From: an uncultured Verrucomicrobiae bacterium
GTDB lineage: Bacteria; Verrucomicrobiota; Verrucomicrobiia; Limisphaerales; Palsa-1400
Reading direction: 5' to 3'
Length of the DNA stretch: 64,000 nucleotides
Assembly (NCBI GenBank): GCA_963702845.1
Contig: OY969763.1
Span: 4,864,001-4,928,000 of the forward strand
The stretch's first letter is position 1. The number at the start of each line of letters is the position of its first letter. The notes under the pieces are model-generated. The model saw only the letters and a program-made list of their open reading frames with translations, made no database searches and was not told where the DNA came from. This document shows positions 35,400 to 45,400 of the stretch, in pieces. A program made the translations under genes and the position numbers.

Positions 35400-36404
35400 T
35401 TGACATCGCCTGTTGTCTATATCAACCAGCACCACCTCGCATCCCCGTGGTTTTTCCTCGCGCTGTTTCTGGCGGCGTCGTTCCTCATGATCTGGAGGCT
35501 CGAATCCATGTCCGCTAACGGCATGGAAGGAACCGTCCTCGGCACGCTCATCATGCCTTACTGCTCGGGCTTGGGTAATTTGGTCTTCGCTATTCTCCTG
35601 GGAATGCATCACGGCTCCGGCTCCGACGTCATGACCAACTGCCTGGTAAACAACGTTACGAACCTCACGCTCATCGTTGGCCTTCCCGCCATTTTCTGCA
35701 ACATGAGCATCGTGGGTGGCTCGCAAAGCAAAAACGGAAAATCTGGCAAAAAACAATCCGGCAACACCGCGCAACTCAATCGCCTCTCACTTTTGTTGAC
35801 GCTCCTCGCGGTTCTTTTCTTTACCGGCGTGACCTGGGCTCTCGGCAGGGACGGTCGCATCAGTTATGACGACGGCCTGGTCCTCGTCGGACTGTTCCTC
35901 TTCTGGCAATGCTTCCACGTTTACGAAGTCATGAAAACAAACGTGCAGAAAAATCGCACGTTCGGTTTGATGATCCTCATCGACTTGAGCCTTTTGGCCG
36001 TGGGTGCCTACGGCATCTATTTGAGCACTGATTGGCTCGTGAACTGGATTTCGAGCGTCAAATCCGGTTTCATCAGCGCGCAATACCTGGGATGGCTCAG
36101 CGGTTGGCTAATGGTTCTGCCAAATGGCCTGCTCGCCTTCTATTACGCGTGGAAAAAACAGCCGGAAGTCGTCTACACGTCACAAGTCGGCGATGGCCAC
36201 ATCTGCATCCCGCTCTGCATCGGCATTTACGCTCTCTACCAACCGATGATCGTGCCGCATTACTTCATGACCGGGGTGTTCATCCTCTGTGCCGCCACCG
36301 TGGCGCACATCTTCTACGTGGCATTTGTCGGCAAGCTGACCCGACCCGCCGGCTGGGTTCTCTGCGGAGCTTACGTATGGTTCCTTTACCGCGGCCTTAA
36401 ATAG
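35400..36404 (+). CDS. sodium:calcium exchanger-like membrane protein
   Basis: about 10 TM segments with two-fold internal repeat; TTG start. Confidence 0.6.
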   Translation: MTSPVVYINQHHLASPWFFLALFLAASFLMIWRLESMSANGMEGTVLGTLIMPYCSGLGNLVFAILLGMHHGSGSDVMTNCLVNNVTNLTLIVGLPAIFCNMSIVGGSQSKNGKSGKKQSGNTAQLNRLSLLLTLLAVLFFTGVTWALGRDGRISYDDGLVLVGLFLFWQCFHVYEVMKTNVQKNRTFGLMILIDLSLLAVGAYGIYLSTDWLVNWISSVKSGFISAQYLGWLSGWLMVLPNGLLAFYYAWKKQPEVVYTSQVGDGHICIPLCIGIYALYQPMIVPHYFMTGVFILCAATVAHIFYVAFVGKLTRPAGWVLCGAYVWFLYRGLK

Positions 36405-36816
36405 CCAACGGATCTTTCCGAAAAGTCTCGGTCAACTCCAGAAATGGCACTTGCGCACTAAGCCAACGCGAATCCTTCGTAATCCCCTCCATCGAGTTTG
36501 CCGTGTTGTTGCAGATGAGGTAAAGCTGTGAGCCGATCACCATCATAGCTTCGAAGTGGGTGCCGTTGCCGTATCGCGCAAATTCGAAATCGCCCGGCCC
36601 ATGATCCTGGCGCATTAACGTGGGCCGCAATTCACCCGCGTCGCGCCCAAAATTCTTTTCAAACCCTTCCTGCCGCGGCCCCATGTAACGCGCAATGGTT
36701 GCCTTGCCCGCGACAAAGCTGAGAACGACCCATTCGTCGAAAACGGTCTTTCCGTACATCGAATTCATGCGTTCAGCACAGTTTTTAATCAAATTAATAG
36801 CTTGGTCGAGTTTCAT
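36397..36816 (-). CDS. hypothetical protein
   Basis: 139-aa ORF with GGAG RBS upstream. Confidence 0.65.
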   Translation of the reverse strand: MKLDQAINLIKNCAERMNSMYGKTVFDEWVVLSFVAGKATIARYMGPRQEGFEKNFGRDAGELRPTLMRQDHGPGDFEFARYGNGTHFEAMMVIGSQLYLICNNTANSMEGITKDSRWLSAQVPFLELTETFRKDPLAI

Positions 36817-36890
36817 AGATGCTCCTAGGGGACGAGCTAAGCAATTCTCATCCCAACCGACAAGCCCAATTCAAAAAGCGCGCAAAACTA

Positions 36891-36960
36891 CTGTATTTAG
36901 GTGTATCTAGCTGTATTTAGACGGACCTGGCTGCACTTAGGTGCAAACAGGTGCAGTTCG
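36891..36960. repeat. degenerate 10-bp tandem array
   Basis: ctgtatttag gtgtatctag ctgtatttag acggacctgg ctgcacttag gtgcaaacag gtgcagttcg. Confidence 0.65.
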
Positions 36961-37076
36961 CTCCTATCACACCCCTCCACCCCCTTCCAACCCGTCACGC
37001 CGTCCCAAGCCACGTAAACATTGACGATTTCTGCATTTTCACCCGTCCCGCGGGAGGTACCGCCTCCGTCCCACAC

Positions 37077-37113
37077 AAAAAGAAAAACTCCGGCAAGGAT
37101 AACCTTGCCGGAG
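37077..37113 (-). terminator. intrinsic terminator after VPDSG-CTERM gene 1
   Basis: ctccggcaagg-ataa-ccttgccggag with an adjacent A-run (U-tract on the minus strand). Confidence 0.8.
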
Positions 37114-37139
37114 AAATGGAAACAATTTGAGGTTGCCTA

Positions 37140-37799
37140 TTAGGCAGTCTTGCGAGAACGAGCAAACAAGGCCAAGCCAGTCAAGCCGGAGCCCAACAAA
37201 GCGAGGGTCATGCCCGCGTCAGGGACCGGGACTGTCACCTGCTGATCAAAGCTCGACTGTCCGGCACCGGTCGCCACCAAAATTGCGGTGAGCGTCAAGG
37301 TCGATGAGCCAGGGCCACTAATGGCGCCAGTCGTAGTTCCACTAAACGCTCCAAGAGTAGTGAAAGTCTGAGTGGCCACAGTGGTACTACCCGGAGCAGT
37401 GGTGACACCGAAACTAGCGCTGGTGTTTCCTAGGGTACCGCCGACGGCGTTTACGATGGTGCCAGAAAATGGCCCCAAGTTGTCGGCCGTGAACCTCATG
37501 GTCAACGTACTACTACCAACACCGTTAAATGAATTTACCGAGCTGAGGTCGACAAATGGGTGTGAAGCGTTACCAAGGGGGCCTGGAGGGTTGGCTGTGC
37601 CGGTCGTCACGTTGATGGTCCAACCGCCGATAGTACCGATGAACGTCACGGCGCCAACGTTGACATTTGCGTCGCCTGCAAGCTGGTCAACAATGGTCAC
37701 AGAATTAACGCCATCGCTCAAAAACAAGGTCGGCACCGCAGTTGCAGATTGCACAGCGAGTAATGCCGCTGCCGCACTTAGAATTAATATTTTCTTCAT
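37140..37799 (-). CDS. VPDSG-CTERM (PEP-CTERM variant) exosortase-target surface protein
   Basis: signal peptide; C-terminus VPDAGMTLALLGSGLTGLALFARSRKTA. Confidence 0.88.
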   Translation of the reverse strand: MKKILILSAAAALLAVQSATAVPTLFLSDGVNSVTIVDQLAGDANVNVGAVTFIGTIGGWTINVTTGTANPPGPLGNASHPFVDLSSVNSFNGVGSSTLTMRFTADNLGPFSGTIVNAVGGTLGNTSASFGVTTAPGSTTVATQTFTTLGAFSGTTTGAISGPGSSTLTLTAILVATGAGQSSFDQQVTVPVPDAGMTLALLGSGLTGLALFARSRKTA

Positions 37800-37863
37800 A
37801 TGAATATGTTTCTTGGTTTATTTCCGTTTTTTTTCCCGACACATTCGTGCCGCATCCCTCCAT

Positions 37864-37880
37864 TAGCCTAACCCGTGCCA
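37864..37880 (-). promoter_or_regulatory. sigma54 promoter
   Basis: minus strand TGGCACGGGTTAGGCTA, GG-N10-GC. Confidence 0.75.
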
Positions 37881-37978
37881 ACTTACGATCGAGTCAACAG
37901 CATCAATATAAACTGCCACTTATAAAGGGTTTACATTGCCACTTTTTTTCCAACAGCGCATTCGAAGTTAGGCTGTTC

Positions 37979-38095
37979 CGTAAAGTATTCCGACGCTCCT
38001 GCCGCGCAATGCATCAACCAACCGACAATCACAATGCAATCAACTAATATTCAGCGGTTTCCAAATGCGCTAATGGCCTGTAAGGCGATCCGACG
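37979..38095. promoter_or_regulatory. two putative enhancer boxes YGTAAR-N6-YGAC
   Basis: cgtaaagtattccgacg (37979) and tgtaaggcgatccgacg (38079). Confidence 0.6.
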
Positions 38096-38347
38096 ATTTC
38101 GACGTGGCAAACCGTCACTTGAGGATTGTCAAAGGATCGATTTTTCGGGCAAAACAACCCCTCTCTTATCTTTGTCTGCCCTCGCGCACAAACGCCGGGC
38201 TCCGCACCTCGACTGCATAAAAGGGTCAGCTTGTCGCAGCCAAGAATTTTTACAGCTGTAACCCGCACTGATGGAAAAAAGGAAAAACCCCAGCAAACAT
38301 AAAGTTCGCCAGGGCTTTTACTAACGGAGAGTGTTAAAGCGCTGTAA

Positions 38348-39016
38348 TTACGTCGTCTTGCGGGTTCGGTTGAACGCTGCCAAGCTAATCAGGCTCGAAC
38401 CAAGTAAGGCCACGGTCAACCCAGCATCGGGAACGCGCAGATCTTCACTTAAACTGGTGACACCATAGTGGGTATGAGTGATCGTCGCGACTTCGGTCAA
38501 TGAGAACGAGGCACCAAGTGACAAGGGCGTTGACGCAAGGTCGTTAAACCCACCGACACTGAACGGCCCCTGCGAGGTCAAAAGTGTCCCTTGGCCAAAA
38601 AGAGCGTTCGATGCGTCGGCATACGTTTGGACGCTCACGGTACCACCGGCCGTTCCACCCGTCTTCGAGACAAACACACCGGAAGAGGGACCGAAGAAGT
38701 CGTCGGAGAACTTGATAGTGAGGGACCCAGCACCTTTTGAGTTGGCATTAACCGAGCCCAAACTCATCCAAGGTTGGGTAGCAGATCCAAGGTCCGGCTT
38801 GCTCAAGCCAGTGGTGACGTTCATCGTCCAGTTAATTCCAACCGCGCCATTGTAGCCAACAACGCCAACTGCGGAATTAGAATCCAAAGCACTACCGTCA
38901 GCAATGGTCACAGAAGTGACACCATCACTCAGATACAACGTCGGAACTGCACTTGCGCTGCCTACCAAGCCGAGAACTCCCGCTGTCACTCCCAAAATTT
39001 TTACGGACAATTTCAT
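38348..39016 (-). CDS. VPDSG-CTERM surface protein, paralog of 37140-37799
   Basis: signal peptide MKLSVKILG.., shared mature N-terminus 'AVPTL(F/Y)LSDGV.SVTI.D'; C-terminus VPDAGLTVALLGSSLISLAAFNRTRKTT. Confidence 0.88.
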   Translation of the reverse strand: MKLSVKILGVTAGVLGLVGSASAVPTLYLSDGVTSVTIADGSALDSNSAVGVVGYNGAVGINWTMNVTTGLSKPDLGSATQPWMSLGSVNANSKGAGSLTIKFSDDFFGPSSGVFVSKTGGTAGGTVSVQTYADASNALFGQGTLLTSQGPFSVGGFNDLASTPLSLGASFSLTEVATITHTHYGVTSLSEDLRVPDAGLTVALLGSSLISLAAFNRTRKTT

Positions 39017-39069
39017 ATTCGACAACCTAACGCTCAACGAACCGGTCTATAACCGTATCCGGTTAAGTA

Positions 39070-39086
39070 TAGCGACCGCCGTGCCA
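39070..39086 (-). promoter_or_regulatory. sigma54 promoter
   Basis: minus strand TGGCACGGCGGTCGCTA, GG-N10-GC. Confidence 0.75.
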
Positions 39087-39187
39087 ACAGGTTTTACGCG
39101 GTGCGCGTTTTTCGTGTATGTCACTATGAATAGGACGCTTAGAGTCGTCAAATTTCTATTTCATTGCTTTGGCCAGCTCGGCCTAAA

Positions 39188-39306
39188 CGTAAGTAATTCT
39201 GACCGAATGGCTAGGTAAACCCCTATAAAACGCTCGCAAACGATTGTAAGCGCCTGATTGAGTTAGTGTTACACAAATAACCGCCGAAGTGTAAAGCAAG
39301 TCGACA
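39188..39306. promoter_or_regulatory. two putative enhancer boxes YGTAAR-N6-YGAC
   Basis: cgtaagtaattctgacc (39188) and tgtaaagcaagtcgaca (39290). Confidence 0.6.
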
Positions 39307-39445
39307 AGTTATGTCCTTGGAACTGTGCCGTTTACGTCGAAATCCATCAGGGTTTTACCTTATAGTGCGTTCGTCGCCGTGGTCGCCAAACCTCGAAACA
39401 ATAGTTGACACGAACGTCGTGCTGGGTTGCTCTGGCTAAGCGTAG

Positions 39446-39672
39446 ATGAACCCGTATTTCAAAGCAGCGCTGTTTTTGATTCGCCTGATCGCGGCCGGTT
39501 TCGTCATTTTTGGTTTCACGCTCCTGTGTAGCGACCTTTTCCTGATGCTTTCGCACAAGCCAGTTTCAGGCCCGGGCACCCTTGCGCTAAAAGCCCTTCC
39601 CATCTTAATTGGCTTAGTACTCTTCCTGAAGAGCTACGCGCTGGCGAAACATTTGACCAAGGATTTCGACCC

Positions 39673-39676
<4 letters not shown>
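39446..39676 (+). CDS. small 2-TM membrane protein
   Basis: two hydrophobic helices; ATGA overlap with the next gene. Confidence 0.65.
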
Positions 39677-41247
<1,571 letters not shown>

Positions 41248-41251
41248 TGGA

Positions 41252-41327
41252 CAACGCAAAGACGCGAAGAAGCAAAGGCGCAAAGTTCGTTTGCTGAACT
41301 ATTCATTCCTTAGCGTCTTTGCGTTGA
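41252..41327. repeat. ACGCAAAG-type inverted repeat between convergent genes
   Basis: caacgcaaagacgcgaag ... cttagcgtctttgcgttg. Confidence 0.7.
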
Positions 41328-41330
41328 AAG

Positions 41331-42237
41331 CTAAGGAACCAAAATTTCTTTCCTCAACAACCCTACATTCTCATTTCGCAACCGCACATCCAAGGTCCCA
41401 TCGACCATCTTTTCCGGCCCTACGTGCCCGTCGCAAAATACCACATTCGCGCGCTTATTATGGCGGAAGTGCGCGTGGGCTGCGTCGGCTCGATAATCCA
41501 CTGAGTAGAATTCTTCCAACATCGGATTGCTCGCCGAGGCCGGCGCTTGAAACGTGTTCACTTGCGCTGCGTCGGCCAACAAAACTGTGTCCGCCGGACG
41601 CACGATTCGCTTCGTCGAAATCGGCGGATACGTGACGTTCGTGGAAAGGTTCAAATTGTATCCATAACCATAAGCCGCGCCGGTCGCTTTATATTTGAAC
41701 TGTGTCGCCGCAATAATTCAGTGACGGACAAATATCCACGCCGTGCCCGCGCAAATACGGATACAACGCGCCTTGCGTCACATCAAAACCGCGCGTCGCC
41801 TCCGCGCCGTTCTCCAACCAACCAAACCAATACAAACGGCCATTGTTCGTCGTCCAATAGAAGTAACGAAAACAATTCCCGCTATTCTCATCCCAATACA
41901 AATGCGTCGCGATCCCGAGCTGATGCAAATCGCTCGTGCACTGTATCCTTTGTGCCGATTTTTTACTTCGCGCCAAAACGGGCAATAACAGCGACGCCAG
42001 AATCGAGATGATCGCAATAACAACGAGCAACTCGATTAACGTGAAGCCGATTTTTTCGTTCCGTGGCGGACGTTTTTGCAATTCCGTTTTCAAACAATCC
42101 GGACAAAGACAATCGCGTCCCGCCACCGGCGGCACAGATGGCATTTCCATGCACCAACACCTGGTGCCGGGGCATCCCGCATAACACAGAAACGCCTTGC
42201 CGCAGATGGCACACGCTTTTGTCTTCGCCAGACTCAT
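41331..42237 (-). CDS. prepilin-type N-methylation / H-X9-DG (DUF1559-like) protein with N-terminal Cys-rich CWC domain; apparent frameshift near 41701
   Basis: CAICGKAFLC..CWC..CLCPDC, then G|FTLIELLVVIAIISILASLLLP; YGYGYN and RHNKRANVVFCDGHV in the downstream frame. Confidence 0.85.
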
Positions 42238-42240
42238 GAA

Positions 42241-43845
42241 TTATCGTTGCGCTTTCACGCGATAAAACTGCATCGCCCCACCCGAATTATCCTGTAATTG
42301 CAACGCGCCGCCATTGCCGCTCACGCTTGCCGCATCCGTCCACGTGTTCAAATCCGTGCTTCGTTGCAAAGTGTAGTTCCAATTGGTGCGACTCACAAAA
42401 TTGGCGCTCCAAGCATTGTTACTGAATCCACCATGGAAGCTCGTCACAGCCGGCGGCGGCAATGTCATCGCAATATTCGCCACGGTTCCATGTGCCAGCA
42501 CCGAACTGCCGTACCCTTGATCATCGTTGAAACTGCTGATGCTCAAAGTATCGACGCGAAAATCTCCCAGCGACGACGCCAGCGGATCGACAATTGTCAA
42601 ATTCGTGCTCACCGAACTTATCGTCGTCACCATCGTATGATTCGACGACGTGTAATTCATCAACACGTGATACCACTCGTTCGTGTTGAATGCGTACACG
42701 GCGTAATCGTCGCCGCTGTTGAAATTGAACGTGCTGTTCGTATCGACAAACAGCGGCCAATCCGTCGTGCCGAAACCTGAATCAAAAAAATAGTCAAACT
42801 CACACAGGTCGGGTGACAAAAAGCCGGTCCCGCGCAAAAACCCGGGCTTCGTCGCTTCCGCAAAGTTCAAGAGCCCGATCGTGATCCCGAATGAAAAACT
42901 TTTCGTCGGATCAGGTCCCGGCCCGATGTCTTTCAGCAACAAATCAAATGCGAGGCTGAAATCATCGTCGCGATTCAACACTGACCCGAGCGGATGATAG
43001 AAGTAACTGTTCGACTGGCCCGAATCCCACGTGACATCCAAATTTTTATTCGTCGCGTTCCATGCGAATAAATTTGTGTTACCAAAAATCTGCCAACCAT
43101 CGGCCAGCGGATCGCTTACGAAACTTTCCTGCAACGACGGCACCACGGAAATCGCATCCACCTCCGATTTGCCGCTCAAGACGGTGATGCGCACATAATT
43201 AGCCGACGAAATCACGCCGTAGTTTCCATTGGTATCTCGCGCCCACGCCAGATCGTAACCCGTCCCGCCCGCCGATCCGGCGTACAATGCTCGAATTCCA
43301 GACAATCCCTGTCCCGCAAAATTCGGCGAGCCGAAGTGTGGATTCACCGGCAACGAAGGATTACCAATACCGTCCGTCGGAAAAATATTATCCACGGTCA
43401 ACGCCAGCGATTGATTCAAGGTGAACCAGTTCGTAGCGTCCTGGCTCACTTCCACCTTCGTGGTACCAGTGTTATTGCCGAGCAACGAACCATCTGTAAT
43501 TCCGCCTCCGGAAAAATTTCCATTCGTAATCACAAAACCGGTATTCCCATAAATGATGAAATCGATTCCGAACGGATTCATCGGATTGTCCACGATCGGC
43601 ATCGACGTATGAACTGTGAGTGAGCCGCCGGCGCCGAGCGACAGCAGTTGCGAGTTTTTAAACGCGGGGCTGAAAGGGTTCGCGTTGGTTGTCGGGCCAC
43701 CCAGCGTTACTGCTGGATTTGTGAACCCGGCCGAGAAACCGGTACCGGAAGAATAATCCACCACCGCATCGGCGAAGTAGCCGGCACGCGACGGTGTAAT
43801 AAGTGCAAGACAGGCAACGGCTGTTGCCAGATATTTTTTGGACAT
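42241..43845 (-). CDS. secreted surface protein, putative cobalamin-binding (BtuH-like N-domain) with C-terminal FYR domain
   Basis: signal peptide MSKKYLATAV..; 'LSLGAGGSLTV..IVDN..GIDFIIYGN' motif; lies under a B12 riboswitch; ends QFYRVKAQR. Confidence 0.65.
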   Translation of the reverse strand: MSKKYLATAVACLALITPSRAGYFADAVVDYSSGTGFSAGFTNPAVTLGGPTTNANPFSPAFKNSQLLSLGAGGSLTVHTSMPIVDNPMNPFGIDFIIYGNTGFVITNGNFSGGGITDGSLLGNNTGTTKVEVSQDATNWFTLNQSLALTVDNIFPTDGIGNPSLPVNPHFGSPNFAGQGLSGIRALYAGSAGGTGYDLAWARDTNGNYGVISSANYVRITVLSGKSEVDAISVVPSLQESFVSDPLADGWQIFGNTNLFAWNATNKNLDVTWDSGQSNSYFYHPLGSVLNRDDDFSLAFDLLLKDIGPGPDPTKSFSFGITIGLLNFAEATKPGFLRGTGFLSPDLCEFDYFFDSGFGTTDWPLFVDTNSTFNFNSGDDYAVYAFNTNEWYHVLMNYTSSNHTMVTTISSVSTNLTIVDPLASSLGDFRVDTLSISSFNDDQGYGSSVLAHGTVANIAMTLPPPAVTSFHGGFSNNAWSANFVSRTNWNYTLQRSTDLNTWTDAASVSGNGGALQLQDNSGGAMQFYRVKAQR

Positions 43846-43916
43846 GACTGGTCTTTCTGAACTGATCGCCAAAGTTATTGGCGAATGGTTTTAATGAGAG
43901 ACCAGTGCGAAGCCTG

Positions 43917-43960
43917 AAAATAAAAAACCTTCAGACTCCGGCAAAACGTGAGAATGAAGG
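43917..43960 (-). terminator. terminator of the riboswitch expression platform
   Basis: minus strand ccttca..tgaagg stem followed by ttttttatttt. Confidence 0.65.
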
Positions 43961-44063
43961 CATCCATCGAATCCCATGGAAAACAGTTCCACAGGGCTGG
44001 CCTCATCCTTCTCTTGTCGGAGAAGCGCCCAGCTCTTGTGCAAGAGCTGTGGCATGACGAGCA

Positions 44064-44218
44064 TTACCAGGCTGATATCCTGACTTCGGGCTGATGTCCG
44101 CTCTCCCGCCTTCCCGGCGTCGCGTTTGGTGATGCGACGACCAGTGGCATTAGGAGTTTGTCACCCGTTACAGTGGCGCAACCGTCCTCGATTCACACGA
44201 GGTTCCCAGCGTTGGTAA
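44064..44218 (-). ncRNA. cobalamin (B12) riboswitch
   Basis: minus strand GGGAA-cctcgtgtgaatcgagg-ACGGTTGCGCCACTGTAA..GCCACTGG..CCGGGAAGGC..AGTCAGGA; closing stem TTACCA/TGGTAA. Confidence 0.92.
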
Positions 44219-44385
44219 CTAACTGACTTTTCAAAGAACGATTCGAGTCAACGCTTCTACCCCGGCTTTGGCAAGGGAATTGTTACTTCGAAACGCGCCG
44301 CAGAAATTCAACTCCCGTTTTGTTGAAGTTGAAAACGATGGGAGATTTTGCCCTCTCTCATGTACGGTTTTGTTTCCGTCGTAAT

Positions 44386-45054
44386 CTACACTTGATCCAC
44401 TCGCATGACTGCCCGGGGCACGCGGCTGGAAATTTCGTCAAACTTCGAAAGGAAACGCTGCGCGTCTGGTGAGGCTTTTTTGAAACGCATTATTGTGCTG
44501 TGGACTAGAGGCGGAATGTTGAAGCCGAGGCCGTCTAGACAGGTTCGGAGGGATGGATTGCGGGCGAGGCTCTCAATCACCCGATTTCGGATTCGTGTGA
44601 TTGCACCACTTGGATCAGATAGGGGGAGTATTGCGGCCTTACGCGAGATGACGGGTTGTTCGATCCACAGGTCGAAAGGTTGGATCGAATCTTCGCCGCT
44701 AAACACGGGCTGTAGTTGTGCAGCAATTTGCCGCATCAAATCTTTCAACTCGACGAAGCGTTGCGGTGTTGGGGACTGGTACTGGGTAAAGTTGATGAGG
44801 GTGGCGATGGTTACGTGGGTTTCCCAGATTGGGTAGACATAAACGCCTGGATCGAGATCGGATAACTGGGCGACTAGCGAATTGTAAGCTTCTGTTACTT
44901 CGGCTGGGAATGGGTAGAGGCAAGCGAGATTGACGCCGAAGACAGGGCGGTCCGGGCCGTCAGCCAGGAATTTATCGGCGACGAAACCGTGAGCACAAAT
45001 TTCGTCGCGCATTTCTTTCAAGCGCGCCCTGGTGAAGAATTCTCTGGCTAGCAT
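44386..45054 (-). CDS. 2H phosphoesterase-like protein; may extend to 44308 past a TAG
   Basis: two HxT motifs (THVTI, VHSTI) about 105 aa apart. Confidence 0.6.
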   Translation of the reverse strand: MLAREFFTRARLKEMRDEICAHGFVADKFLADGPDRPVFGVNLACLYPFPAEVTEAYNSLVAQLSDLDPGVYVYPIWETHVTIATLINFTQYQSPTPQRFVELKDLMRQIAAQLQPVFSGEDSIQPFDLWIEQPVISRKAAILPLSDPSGAITRIRNRVIESLARNPSLRTCLDGLGFNIPPLVHSTIMRFKKASPDAQRFLSKFDEISSRVPRAVMRVDQV

Positions 45055-45148
45055 ATTAGGGATCAGCCTTGAGATTACCGATTCGTCCCGAGCTTTTGCA
45101 CTTCGTTTTTCACTTTAGCATTGAGGCGTTAGCCCTTAGCCTTTCGCC

Positions 45149-45400
45149 ATGCAACCCAACCGTAAAATCTGGTTTCCGGCCAAGAAATACGGCTGGGGCT
45201 GGGGACCGCCATGCTGTTGGCAAGGTTGGGCTGTTATTGTCGTTTGGTTCGCAATTGTCATTTCTGGCGTAACTTTGTTTTTCCGTCCCGACCGCAACAT
45301 CGTCGGATTTTATATTTTCGACGCGATCATGGTCGTTTTGATAATCGGGATTTGTTGGCTCAAAGGTGAAAAACCACAATGGCGATGGGGCAACAAATAG
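45149..45400 (+). CDS. small 2-TM membrane protein
   Basis: WFPAKKYGWGWG..WQGW..KGEKPQWRWG, conserved-looking pattern. Confidence 0.7.
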   Translation: MQPNRKIWFPAKKYGWGWGPPCCWQGWAVIVVWFAIVISGVTLFFRPDRNIVGFYIFDAIMVVLIIGICWLKGEKPQWRWGNK

